A stretch of 64,000 bases of DNA. Source: Macrostomum hystrix (taxonomy: Eukaryota > Animalia > Platyhelminthes). Numbering within the stretch: the first letter of the stretch is position 1; every line of letters begins with the position of its first letter. The stretch is taken from NCBI GenBank assembly GCA_950097015.1, contig CATNEN010000030.1:3906001-3970000 (forward strand). The letters are read 5' to 3'. Of this stretch, positions 11,430-34,611 are shown piece by piece. Made by a program: the position numbers and the translations under genes. Under the pieces are notes generated by a model. The model was not told the DNA's origin. It did no database searches and saw only the letters and a list, made by a program, of their open reading frames with translations.

Positions 11430-14232
11430 ATGGACGAAACCCATCGAGAGGTACTGTTGAAGGCTCGCGTCGTTCTAGTAGACCAGCTTGTAGCCGACGA
11501 TGCCCTCTGGAGCCACCTGCTGGACAAGGATGTGTTCGACCGACGCATGCTGGAGCGGATCATCTGCCTCGGTACTCCGCACGAAAGGCGCCAGAAGCTG
11601 ATGGACGACCTGCCCAGACGCGGTCCGAGTGCTTTCAGCAAGTTTGTCAGAATCCTTCGCGAAACTGGCCAGTCCCACCTTGCCGACTATCTCGAAGCTG
11701 TGGATCGCTGCCTCAGGCGAGGCGAAGAAGCTCTGCCACAGGCGCCGCAGAGGCAGCAGCGGAGACCGTCAGTTGACCGGTCAACCAGCCGCATCGGAGT
11801 GATCAGCGTGCCGGATGTGCTGCCGGTGCAGGAGGTGAGCGCCGTGTACTTTTCGTTTTGTAAAGTGCCCAGTGCGCAGTGTCCGATCCAACGGACTAGT
11901 ATTAACCTGCTAGCTCAATATAGTTCGGAAGCCATGGAATCTATGGTCAAAATATATTCGAATTGGGACAACTACCTGAGGGGACAACCACCTGAGGGAA
12001 AAGGGAATAACTACCTGAGGGGACAACTACCTGAGGGGACAACTAACTGAGGGGACAACTACCTGAGGGGACAACCACCTGAGGGAAAAGGGAATAACTA
12101 CCTGAGGGGACAACTACCTGAGGGGACAACTACCTGAGGGGACAACTACCTGAGGGGACAACCATCTGATAAGACAACCACCTGAGGGGACAACTTCCGA
12201 AAGACATATGCATGTGTTTATTTTTGCCTAAGAACACGCACATAGCACATAATTTTATACAATTAATTACCAATAAATACGATCATCGCTCAGATTCTTG
12301 AGCGCAACGAAGACGACATCAACCTCAGCTGTGAAACTGAGGGTGTGATCGAAAATCGGCTACTTATGCCCAAGGCGTCCAGCTTCGACCTCCTGGAGAA
12401 GAAGAGCGCCAACAACTGGGAGGGCACGTACAGGATCCAGTCAAATCCGAAGGGCCTGCTTCTAATCATTAGTAACAAGAAGTTTAAGGGCAAAACCGAA
12501 CGCAAAGGTACCGAGGTAGACTGCGAAAATTTGAATCGAGTCTTCACAAACATTGGCTACGAACTGTACGAAAACACTATCTTCACTGACCAGAGCGGAG
12601 ATCAAATGCGCGATCTCTGCAAAAGGTGGGCGCAAATCTACAGTGAGATATCTGGTATGAGATCTAGTGAGATATCTGGTATGAGATCTAGTGAGATATC
12701 TGGTATGAGATCTAGTGAGATATCTGGTATGAGATCTAGTGAGATATCTGGTATGAGATCTAGTGACATATCTGGAATGAGATCTAGTGAGATATCAGGT
12801 ATGAGATCTAGTGAGATATCTGGTATGAGATCTAGTGACATATCTGGAATGAGATCTAGTGAGATATCAGGTATGAGATCTAGTGAGATATCTGGTATGA
12901 GATCTAGTGACATATCTGGAATGAGATCTAGTGAGATATCAGGTATGAGATCTAGTGAGATATCTGGTATGAGATCTAGTGAGATATCTGGTATGAGATC
13001 TAGTGAGATATCTGGTATGAGATCTAGTGATATATCTGGTATGAGATCTAGTGACATATCTGGTATGAGATCTAGTGATATATCTGGTATGAGATCTAGG
13101 GAAATATCTTTATAGAGATCTAGTGAAATAATTCTTTCAGATCTAGTGAGATATCTCATTGGAGATCTAGTGGCAGATCTAAAAGAAACTTTGGAACCCG
13201 TAGATTTTAGTTTAGATTTTGCAAACTGCCGCACGCAGGTTTATCCTGGACCCGCGGCACGGCGCTCTGGACTCCTGCATCCTGTGCATCCTCTCGCATG
13301 GCGACGGCGACGGCGTTATCTACGGCTCGGATGATGGCAAAGTGACGGAGGACGAATTGTTCACGCACTTCAATAGCTCGGAGTGCAGTCTGCACAAGAA
13401 GCCCAAACTCGTCATCATCCAGGCCTGCCGCGGCTCGATGAGGGACAGAGGGCGGCTGTTTGACCAGGTGACAGCCTAGAACTATCAGGACTCACCCATC
13501 CCTTCACCAAGCTTTAAGGACTCACCCATCCCTTCACCAAGCTTGAAGACTCACCCATCCCTTCACCAAGCTTGAAGACTCACCCATCCCTTCACCAAGC
13601 TTGAAGACTCACCCATCCCTTCACCAAGCTTTAAGGACTCACCCATCCCTTCACCAAGCTTGAAGACTCACCCATCCCTTCAACAAGCTTTAAGACTCAC
13701 CCATACCGTCACCAAGCTTTAAGGACTCACCCATCCCGTCAACAAGCTTTAAGGACTCACCCATCCCTACATCACAAGGCCTTCAAAACTCAACCAACCC
13801 TTTCCCAAGCCTTCAAAACTCACCCATACCTTTCCACTGCTCACTGATCTGCTCCAGACGGACTCAACTGGGGAAGATGGCCGGCAGACTACCGCGCAGA
13901 AGATTATTCACAGCCTCCAGATGGAGAACTACAATGACACCATAGACCTGAAGAACCGCGTGCCAATTTATGCCGACATCATTTTCGCGCATTCGACCAC
14001 GCCAGGCTTCGTTTCTTGGCGGCACGAGTTTCGTGGCAGCTGGTTCATCCAGAGCATCGCCAAGACCTTCGCAGAGCACGCGCACGATACCCACGTTCTG
14101 GACATGCTGACCATTGTTAGCCGAGTTGTGACTCAAGCGTTCGGCGCCAACACAGACTACGGCAAGGGCGCCGTTTCTATGCCAACACCCGTGTCCCGCC
14201 TGCTTAAAAGTTTCTACTTTTTTCCCAAGTAG
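11430..14232 (+). CDS. casp2: CARD-containing initiator caspase (caspase-2-like, peptidase C14)
   Basis: Exons 11430-11834, 12294-12625, 13239-13467 and 13858-14232 join in phase. N-terminal CARD (RVVLVDQL...LPRRGPSAFSKFVRILRETGQSHLADYL), catalytic ILSHG and QACRG, p10 motifs STTPGFVSWR and GSWFIQ. Confidence 0.88.
11970..12195. repeat. About 16-bp minisatellite (ACAACTACCTGAGGGG) in caspase intron 1
   Basis: Tandem copies with an interspersed GGGAAAAGGGAATA variant. Confidence 0.85.
12643..13170. repeat. 24-bp minisatellite (GTGAGATATCTGGTATGAGATCTA) in caspase intron 2
   Basis: About 20 copies; produces the SEISGMRS tail of ORF 12345-13115. Confidence 0.95.
13489..13830. repeat. 29-30-bp minisatellite (GACTCACCCATCCCTTCACCAAGCTTGAA) in caspase intron 3
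   Basis: Tandem periodicity. Confidence 0.92.
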
Positions 14233-14477
14233 AAGACAATTTACTGGGACTGCTAGTGCTAAAGCAAATTCTACAACTTAATTGTAACTCTCAATTGCTC
14301 TATCCAGCATGTAAAGTAGGCTGCGAACCGGTTTTCCCTTCCGGTGAAACTTCCTTGCCTCTTCAGACTGAAAAAAGGCAATAAAAACTGTTTGACTTTG
14401 TGATTATCACGCTAGTTAACTTGCTTTGACAGCTCAATAACTATCATGGTTACTTATTTACCTTTATATCATCAAAT

Positions 14478-14772
14478 TGGGACTTTAAACTTCTTCCCAG
14501 ATCCTCCGATTGGGACTCTTCCCAGATCCTCCAATTGGGACTCTTCTCAGATCCTTCGATTGGGACTCTTCCCGGATCCTCCGATCGGGACTCTTCCCGG
14601 ATCCTCCGATCGGGACTCTTCCCAGATCCTCCGATCGGGACTCTTCCCAGATCCTCTGATTGGGGCTCTTCCCAGATCCTCAAATTGGGACTCTTCCCAA
14701 ATCCTCCGATTGGGACTCTTCTCAGATCCTCCGATTGGGACTCTTCCGAGATCCTCTGATTGGACTCTTCCC
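14478..14772. repeat. 25-bp minisatellite (TTGGGACTCTTCCCAGATCCTCCGA) 3' of the caspase
   Basis: About 12 copies. Confidence 0.9.
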
Positions 14773-17305
14773 AGACCGTTTCGATTTTGTTATCTAAATT
14801 TGTTGTTTCCGCGCTTACAATAATTTTTATCGATCGTAATAAGAATAGTCAACTAAATTTCATAACATGCAGAAAGTAACTGAAATACTTGAAAGTCTCA
14901 CTGCAGGCCCAATATCATCACAGCTACAAAAACCTGCGCTACTCTAGCCTTTAGTGATCTCTAATGGCCAAGTATCATTAGATATTGTCCGTGACCTACA
15001 GTGGGCAGATATGATCCCATTATTGTCAGTGACCTACAGTAGGCAGGTATGATCTCATTGTCAGTGCCATCTATTAGCTGTTGTTGCTAAGCAACCGTCA
15101 AAAGTTTCTCCCAGGTGCCTGCAATATTTGCTTTGTCTTCCTTCAAAAACTTATCGAGTTAAAAGCCATCTTCTAATTTTTGTCAAATTTTTCTAATGTT
15201 TATTTGCGTGCGATTTCGGTAATAATTAATTTAACAACACAAATAGTCAATAAAATAAATGAATTACAATCATGAGCTTTTTTAAAATCAACAATATGAA
15301 GGCCTGAACAAGCAAGTGTTTCTATCTGCCTATACTTGTAATTGACTCGTATTACTTAGTAGATGAAGACGTATGTAGTTATTGTCACTATGGGTATATA
15401 TTTGCTCCCAACAGTGCCTTTAAAACAATGTTCTACTAGACGAAATTTGTAGTTACAAGGCTTTCACGAGAGTACAAAATATGAGCCTGCTATCCATGAG
15501 CACACACAGCTGGGAACTCGTCTCTGATGCGATGTCGACACGGAGCGTGTGTGCGTGTGATTTTTACTGCAAACGATTGCTTAGAAACCAGTAAAGTACT
15601 CGTAATGAAGCTAACAAATTGGTATAACTTATATGCAACACTGCAAGGCAACACTATTGTCTAGTGTTGTTTAGTAGTCCTTGCTTATATGCAGTTTGAA
15701 TATTGGTTACAATTTTGATACGAGCTTCGAAATCAATAAACAAAACAGCGCGCAAACCCGCACCGTGGCTCCTGCACGATGAGTAACAATGAGACCCTTC
15801 AAGTTGATCCGCTGTCGTGTAAAAGGAGTGTCCGATCGGAGACCAGGTGTTCACAAAGGTCAGTAGAGTCTAATGGTCAATCCCTACTGCGCTATATGAA
15901 CCTCTGCGTATGCAAAAATGTGCAACTCTTAGCGACGTATTTAAAACGTTTCGTATTAAAACAAACATAAAACTTAATAGCCAGATTATTTTATAAAAGG
16001 CCCTCATGCCGAAAAATTGTCATTCATTTATTTATTTCACAAACCCTGCGGTGTATAAATAAATGCATTTTTACCTAAATGCTTACTCAACACCCTCATT
16101 TAAATTGGAACTATCTATATTTTTTACATTTTTATTGTAGTAATGAAGTTAATCTATGCACAGTTAAAGCAGTTAAGCGGTTTAGGCATTTAGTTGTGAA
16201 GTAAGAAGATTTATTTTATTTCATTCGTTTTTAAGTTTAATATAATATGAAATCGCAAATTAAACATTTTTTCTGAAGTTCAAGTAATAATATTTAATAA
16301 TATTAACGATGAATAGTGTTACTGAATTACAGTTACTCAACAGTAATACCCATAACTTAGCATTGGGTGGGTTAGCCGACTGACAATTTTTTCCACAGTG
16401 AAAAGATCGCAGCTCGCTGTGCTTCGACACTGGGCATCCATGGAGGTGATCCAAGTAGCTGTGGACTATGCCTACAAGAAAGAATATAAAAGTATTAGCT
16501 AATATGATGAATTATATTGAATTTGATGAGAGGCTGCTAAGCAATAGTTTGATGGCCATATATTATAGTTAAAGACTGACTTTCCTTTTTATATATTTAT
16601 TTATTGGATAAACATTGACTGTCATCTTAACTGCATTTTTCTATGAGCGTAAGCGACTTTTTAAATCTGCAGTAGAATATAAATAACTAATGAAATAACT
16701 TTGGCAATTGCAATGGGCTATAGTCTGGATCATGTAGTGCTTACCAGAAAATTTATGGTGTGCATTTGCTTTAGGTAGTAGTGCATGGGGTGAATTGCAT
16801 GCATCAAAGTAGGCCTATATTTCAAGGGATGGTTTTGGTTTGTACCGTGGTATGCATAGGTGCATATGAAAAGATATCAAATGTGTTGCTTGTGTATGCA
16901 TTATCAATATCAGATAGTAATGAACTGTACATAAAATAACGGCAATACATGTAAAACCTTTTAAAGCTATAGTAAAGTACTTTAATGTTTCTGTACATTA
17001 AGAATAATGGATGTTCTATGACTAACATGGAATGTTCTATGCATAGTGTAAACATTTCTAATTTTGTTAATTAGACTATAGGGCCTATGTACTTAAAAAA
17101 AAGTTTTATAAGCTACTTTTCTTAGTAAAATACAATATCCAAATAACTTAGTATTAGTAAGCAAAACATGTATTATGTCTTTTGTAAATACAATTGTATG
17201 TTTCATCCTAATATTAATGTATCTATAGGCAATTCTTGCATACAGTGGTGTGAAATTAAAAAAAACTGTCTAACATTCCTATGTAAATTGAATTTCCCCT
17301 ATTCT

Positions 17306-17764
17306 CCAGTTGGGCGGATCCTAGACACTTTGTCATCTTACAACTTTGTCATCTTACAACTTTGTCATTCACTTGGAAGGTAGGACACTTTGTCATCCAG
17401 CCAATTGGCATGCTTTAAAGTTTGGTCAGTTTGTCATCTACTAATAACAAGCAATCAAGTTTGTCATCAATAAAGTGAGGGTGGGGTGGTGGGCCAGAGG
17501 TGTGAACACACTTTACATTCTAAATTGTCAAAAAGAGGTGTAAAACTGATTTCATTATAACAGTTGAAAGATATTTGTCAAAATAATGTGAGGAGGGGTG
17601 GGGAAGGGTGGTTCTGTTCTAATTTTGAAGAACTTTTGTTTTATAGATGACAAAGTGTCCAAAAGTCTAAGTCTCTTTGTCATCCACCCTCTGAGATATT
17701 GGACAGATTGTACACTGGATAACAAAGATGTAAGATGACAAAGTGTCCAGGTACCAGTTGGGCA
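17306..17764. mobile_element. Candidate MITE/fold-back element
   Basis: Perfect 19-bp inverted repeat GACACTTTGTCATCTTACA (17324-17342 and 17729-17747), multiple internal TTTGTCATC copies, and a CCAGTTGGGC direct repeat just outside both ends. Confidence 0.5.
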
Positions 17765-19686
17765 TGCACCCAACATATTCTAAACTAAGGGCTGTGGGCA
17801 CTAGCATAATCTAATTATTTGATAACAGTAGATCTTTATCTTGACCTTACAAAGAGGCAATCTAGGAACTGATCAAAGGGGAAAAGCAACTGTTTACAGG
17901 TGAACTTTCACAAATGAACAAAGTCACCATCATCACAAAGCTTATAGCTACATCGAACAATGTGTCAAAACAACCAGCCTCTAAGAAATGCTAAAGTTAC
18001 TTAATTTGATAGAACCTTAGTGGGGAATTCAAAACAAGTTTCAAATAATTTAAATTGTTTAACAACTTGTTTAACAAGTTACCCAATAAAATTCCAAGTC
18101 AATAGCAGAATTAGAATAATATACTCGTAATAAAATGTGGAATCTGCAGTAATAACTAATAAAAAACTAATTAAAACAAATATGCTTTTAAAAAAAATAC
18201 AAAGTGTTACATGTTGCATTGCAGCACTGTCACACTTTTTACCATTACTATTTTGACTGTTGTCCTTTTTATTTTTTTGACATTTTTATCTATATCCAGC
18301 AACTCTGCCAATCCCCTGACTATTGAGAACACTTAGGCAGTGTCATTCACAACACTGCCTAAGTTGGGCATGTATTGGTAATAATTTTAGTATGCATGTT
18401 TGGCAAGCAGTAAACTGACACTAAATTCTTGGCATATGCAACTTGGGCTCAAAATTGGTATAATTTAATATAGCATTGATAGTAACATGTATGTTTTCTT
18501 GTTGAAAAGATAAAATTGACAATTTCACTGCCTATATTATCAATTAAAAATTGGCCTATAGGCTAGAGGCTATAGACATTTAAACCTTATGTAAGATTTT
18601 CAATGACTTAATGTGCAAAGTAAACTTTTTTCTGTGCACTAAAATATAGCTTTTCTGCTATATACCTCATTTTATAAGCATTTTTCAGAAGTGTAAATAG
18701 AATATTCTAACCTACTAAATATCCTATAAAATATGTAATCAAGGTACAAATTTCGTCAATATATAAATTAGCAAATATATATTGACTAATGACAGAATAT
18801 CAAATATTTTTACTCTTGTAGTTGTAACTTTGCACAATCTATATTTATTTCCTAAACAGTATTTTAGATCTCATTAGTAATACATTGTTTAGCTTCTAAA
18901 TGAAGGGCAGAGTAAAAAATGTATACCCAAAGAAAAAAAATAAACTATGTATTTTTATGGCTACTAAAATTGGCCTAGCATTGTTTGTAGTTTTGTTTTC
19001 ATCTCAAGAGGGAATTCCAAAGGATGGATTTACTGATTATAGTACTAGTACATTGCATATATTACTTCACATTTAATATTTCGAAAAGGCAATTCCAGAA
19101 AACAGAGAAACTTTGAGGTGGGAAGGGTAAATTTGTTTGAGTTGATAACTTAGTAGTAGGCAAGTGAGCTTTTATTTACTTTTGCTATAAATTTTACATT
19201 CACTTATATGCAATCATGTTGTTCTTTGGAGTCAAAATAATTGCATTTTAATTGTTTGCATAAAAATGGTTTTATATATATTTTGTAATGAAGTATTAAT
19301 ATTATAAGCTTTATTCATAGTACAATAAAATTTTATATGTGCAAATAAACACTACTGTATTATCAAAACAAATTCAGGTTGTCAAATAATGTACAAAAAT
19401 TTATTCATTACAAAATTAATTTTTTTCATGTTTAATACTTATTCATAATTTTTGTTTTACTTAAAAACATATTTAAGTCGACCATAAACTTTTGTTTTAC
19501 ATTAGACAGAAAGGTTATCTGCAAAATGTTTAGAATTCTTAATGTTGAATAATTTCTCATTTTGGCAAGCTTCTCTCAAAATGTTTAGCTTTTTGTCATG
19601 TTTTTTATCTAGATTTCTATCTTTGTCATACTTTAATACAAGCACTCTTTGTCGCCGGGCATTCAGCAAGCCCAGCCTATTCGGGG

Positions 19687-30089
<10,403 letters not shown>

Positions 30090-30164
30090 TTTTTCTTTAT
30101 TGTAATTAGATGCACCTGCTTTTAGATCTTAGTATTGCTTAAAGAGAACAATAGACAATAAAAG

Positions 30165-30625
30165 TTAACGGAAGTTACTGAAGTTAGCGGAAGTTATTGA
30201 AGTTAACGGAAGTTGCTGTAGTTAACGGAAGTTGCTGTAGTTAACGGAAGTTGCTGTAGTTAAGGGAAGTTGCTGTAGTTAACGAAAGTTACTGAAATTA
30301 AAGGAATTTAGTAAAGTTTACGGAAGTTACTGAAGTCAAGGGAAGTTACTGCAGTTAGCGGAAGTTACTGAAGTTAACGGAAGTTATTATAAATTAGCAC
30401 GAATTTTACTTTTTAAGGAAGGTAGCGGAAGTTAAAACAAGTTAACGAAAGTTTACAAATGTCAATTTAACACAACGGAAGTTAATAAATTTAGTATACG
30501 TTCAAGTACAAAGATTGAAAAAAAGTAACGTAAAGCTCACAGAAGTTTATTTAGGTATCTGAAGTTTTCAAAAGTCACTAGGAGTTAACAGATGTTAGCA
30601 GAAGTTAACGGAAGTTACCGGAAGC
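30165..30625. repeat. Degenerate 19-bp repeat (GAAGTTAACGGAAGTTACT) after the PAK AATAAA signal
   Basis: Imperfect periodicity; AATAAA at about 30157. Confidence 0.75.
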
Positions 30626-31146
30626 GTTAACAAAAATTCTTCCCGGACTGCTTGCTTTAACTGTCAGCCGCTGTCCAATGCATGTTTCTCTGCTCTTGTT
30701 CAGCTCTTTCTGCTTTTATAATTTAACAAGAAAACGATGTCTTCTTTTTGTTACTGCTGTTGCCGCCGTTGTTGACTCTGTAGTCTTTGTTCTTGTTTGC
30801 TCTAGCTCGATTTTTTGCATTACTTAATTTTGCATGCAACTATTTTTATTTTGAGCAGTCGGCAGTGGCTGGCTTTCTCTGATTTTTATCTACTGCAGTC
30901 CCGCCTACTACAGAGGTCGATTTGTACTTAATCTTTAATTAGGCGTAGTTCATTATTATATTTTACCTAGCTTTTTATTATTATGTTCAATACTTGTTTG
31001 CTATTTAATGCATTATCGGGTACTCAACTTTTGATTATTATTGCATTAAAATTTATTTTCTTGTGCAGCAACCGGTGCCTGAGCTGCGGTGTGCCGACTT
31101 TGAGCTAACTTCTTCAGCATTCTCAGCTTCCCAGATACTCAGCTCT

Positions 31147-32758
31147 ACCATTCTCCCAGATCCTCAAGTTGAGCCTACCATTCTCCCAGATCCTCAAGTT
31201 GAGCCTACCATTCTCCCAGATCCTCAAGTTGAGCCTACCATTCTCCCAGATCCTCAAGTTGAGCCTACCATTCTCCCAGTTCATCAAGTTGAGCCTACCA
31301 TTCTCCCAGATCCTCAAGTTGAGCCTACCATTCTCCCAGTTCATCAAGTTGAGCCTACCATTCTCCCAGATCCTCAAGTTGAGCCTACCATTCTCCCAGA
31401 TCCTCAAGTTGAGCCTACCATTCTCCCAGTTCATCAAGTTGAGTCTACCATTCTCCCAGATCCTCAAGTTGAGCCTACCATTCTCCCAGTTCATCAAGTT
31501 GAGCCTACCATTCTCCCAGATCCTCAAGTTGAGCCTACCATTCTCCCAGTTCATCAAGTTGAGCCTACCATTCTCCCAGATCCTCAAGTTGAGCCTACCA
31601 TTCTCCCAGTTCATCAAGTTGAGCCTACCATTCTCCCAGATCCTCAAGTTGAGCCTACCATTCTCCCAGATTCTCAAGTTGAGCCTACCATTCTCCCAGT
31701 TCATCAAGTTGAGTCTACCATTCTCCCAGATCCTCAAGTTGAGCCTACCATTCTCCCAGTTCATCAAGTTGAGTCTACCATTCTCCCAGATCCTCAAGTT
31801 GAGCCTACCATTCTCCCAGATCCTCAAGTTGAGCCTACCATTCTCCCAGTTCATCAAGTTGAGCCTACCATTCTCCCAGATCCTCAAGTTGAGCCTACCA
31901 TTCTCCCAGTTCATCAAGTTGAGCCTACCATTCTCCCAGATCCTCAAGTTGAGCCTACCATTCTCCCAGATCCTCAAGTTGAGCCTACCATTCTCCCAGA
32001 TCCTCAAGTTGAGCCTACCATTCTCCCAGATCCTCAAGTTGAGCCTACCATTCTCCCAGTTCATCAAGTTGAGCCTACCATTCTCCCAGTTCATCAAGTT
32101 GAGCCTACCATTCTCCCAGTTCATCAAGTTGAGCCTACCATTCTCCCAGTTCATCAAGTTGAGCCTACCATTCTCCCAGATCCTCAAGTTGAGCCTACCA
32201 TTCTCCCAGATCCTCAAGTTGAGCCTACCATTCTCCCAGTTCATCAAGTTGAGCCTACCATTCTCCCAGTTCATCAAGTTGAGCCTACCATTCTCCCAGT
32301 TCATCAAGTTGAGCCTACCATTCTCCCAGTTCATCAAGTTGAGCCTACCATTCTCCCAGATCCTCAAGTTGAGCCTACCATTCTCCCAGATCCTCAAGTT
32401 GAGCCTACCATTCTCCCAGATCCTCAAGTTGAGCCTACCATTCTCCCAGTTCATCAAGTTGAGCCTACCATTCTCCCAGTTCATCAAGTTGAGCCTACCA
32501 TTCTCCCAGTTCATCAAGTTGAGCCTACCATTCTCCCAGATCCTCAAGTTGAGCCTACCATTCTCCCAGATTCTCAAGTTGAGCCTACCATTCTCCCAGA
32601 TCCTCAAGTTGAGCCTACCATTCTCCCAGATCCTCAAGTTGAGCCTACAATTCTCCCAGTTCATCAACTTGAGCCTACCATTCTCCCAGATCCTCAAGTT
32701 GAGTCTACCATTCTCCCAGATCCTCAAGTTGAGTCTACCATTCTCCCAGATCCTCAAA
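31147..32758. repeat. 27-bp minisatellite (GAGCCTACCATTCTCCCAGATCCTCAAGTT), about 60 copies, two variant units
   Basis: Near-perfect periodicity of 27; GATCC versus GTTCA variants interspersed. Confidence 0.97.
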
Positions 32759-33464
32759 TAAGGCCCAACCTTATCCCAGGTGCTCAAGCTCTGAGTCGAA
32801 ATTGTCATTGTGCAGCGCAATATTGTCATCAGTCTAGAACATGAGCTTGCGAACGGCCTGTCAATCTACCCTAAAAGCGGATTGCTGGGTAATGAAGTGC
32901 AATTCATATTTCGTATTAAAGTGTTAAAAGCTATGCCACAAATGAAGCGTTGGTTATTTTTCCAATATATTCTTCCCTGATGGAAATCTGATAACGAGTT
33001 TTGTATTTGATCTATCTTGCCCGACTGTTTACTCTGCAAATTTACTGAATTTTGTTGTCTATTTCTGTGCACTTATCTTATCTACCTACCAGGCCTATTT
33101 TATTAATCTGTTTGGTTTCGTTTTGTTTGTTAAAATGAATAAAAATGTTTTTTTACTTTATTTAAAAATTCATTCCTTCAATGTTGCTATATAGGGGTTA
33201 GTTAAATCATGAATCGAAATTAAATTTGAATTAACGCACAGCTGTTTAAAATATTAATACTGTACTGTTTTGTATTTTTCCGCTGTCTATTACAATTTAT
33301 ATTACCTTCATGTGCATCTTTATATATAAATATTTGCATAGATTTGTTTATGATTTTAAAAGTTTCTGGGCTAGCAAAAAATTACCTATCTATGCTTATT
33401 ATATCTATTCACATTAGTTTACTGCTTAAAGTGTTGTTTGTCGACCTATTTTAGTTAGCTGGAC

Positions 33465-33890
33465 CGCCCGCTAAAAAATAGGGATGTTTCTTTGGGTGAT
33501 TCCAGTTGGAATCTGCGGTTTTTTCCAGAAAAAGAAACAGCCGAACGCTGGAAACACACAAATCAGATTATTCCATGCTTAGAATCTACTCAACTGGGCG
33601 TTTTCTCGGTGCTTCTTGGTAGCGAAATGGTATCACCCAAAGAATCCTCCAGTTCGGAAGATTCCATACTCAGAAACCGCCGAGGAATCGCCCGTAAATA
33701 ATTCTCTGGTTGTCCCATGGGCCACTGGTTCGGGTGATTCTTCGGCGGTTTCCGCACAATTTACGGTTACATCGGCTGCTTCCTGGGTGGTTTCTTTAAC
33801 TCTTGCGAGATAGGGGGGGAGTTTGGTAGATTCCACTCCTATTTTGCTCAAAAAACCCGCCGAAGAAGCAGCCGAATTTTTTACAGGGCG
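33465..33890. mobile_element. Candidate non-autonomous DNA transposon (MITE)
   Basis: Imperfect 15-bp terminal inverted repeats (CGCCCGCTAAAAAAT / ATTTTTTACAGGGCG, 13/15), internal AAACCGCCGA(G/A)GAATC motif in both orientations, GC-rich island in AT-rich DNA. No TSD identified. Confidence 0.4.
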
Positions 33891-34611
33891 TGCTGGTTGA
33901 TATGATATTCTTGTTGTGTTTAGTCAGTGTTTTTCCTTGCTAGCTTTTTGTTGATGTCTCCTATTTCTATTGTGCAAAAATGATGTCTTGTATTTGTTTG
34001 TCTGCTTGCCTATTTGTTTTTGTATTTCTAAACTGATCCGGTTTCTAAAACTATTTCTTCTCAACTAAAATACCTGGCTTTAATTGTCTTGTAACTACAT
34101 TCTATGGGATAACTTAAACTAATTTTAGTTCTTTAGTTTATTTAGTTATTTCTTTGTTTCTAAATTTCAAGACTTGTTAAGCTTCTATTAGTGCATCGAA
34201 ATTGAGTGTTATAGCCTTTAATTTAAATATTCTATATCTATATCTACATATATGCACATATATATACGAGTATATATATGATTGATTAATTATGTTTATG
34301 ATTCATCCTCGTTCATTGTGTATTCTTTCTCTGCGCAACAACACAAAAACCATTTTCAACTCAACCGTGCAGTGTATCATAGCTCTGGCTCCGGCCGCAA
34401 ACTGCAGAATCTTTTTCAAATACAACATGCGTGTCAGTGCGAATAATTGTTTTATGTTCTTATATTATTCTATTCAACACGCTAATCGAACAAACCAATC
34501 AGAATGCAGCGCTCCAATTCAATGCTTCTCTTGTTTATTTCTGCCCAACTGCTTTCATGCTACGAGTATATTCACATGAATAGCAGGATAGACTATATTG
34601 CGAGATTTAGC

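Noticed and set aside
12643-12648. GTGAGA at 12643 as the caspase exon-2 donor
   Set aside because: It gives phase 1, incompatible with the acceptor at 13238; the donor at 12626 restores DLCKRFILDPRH.
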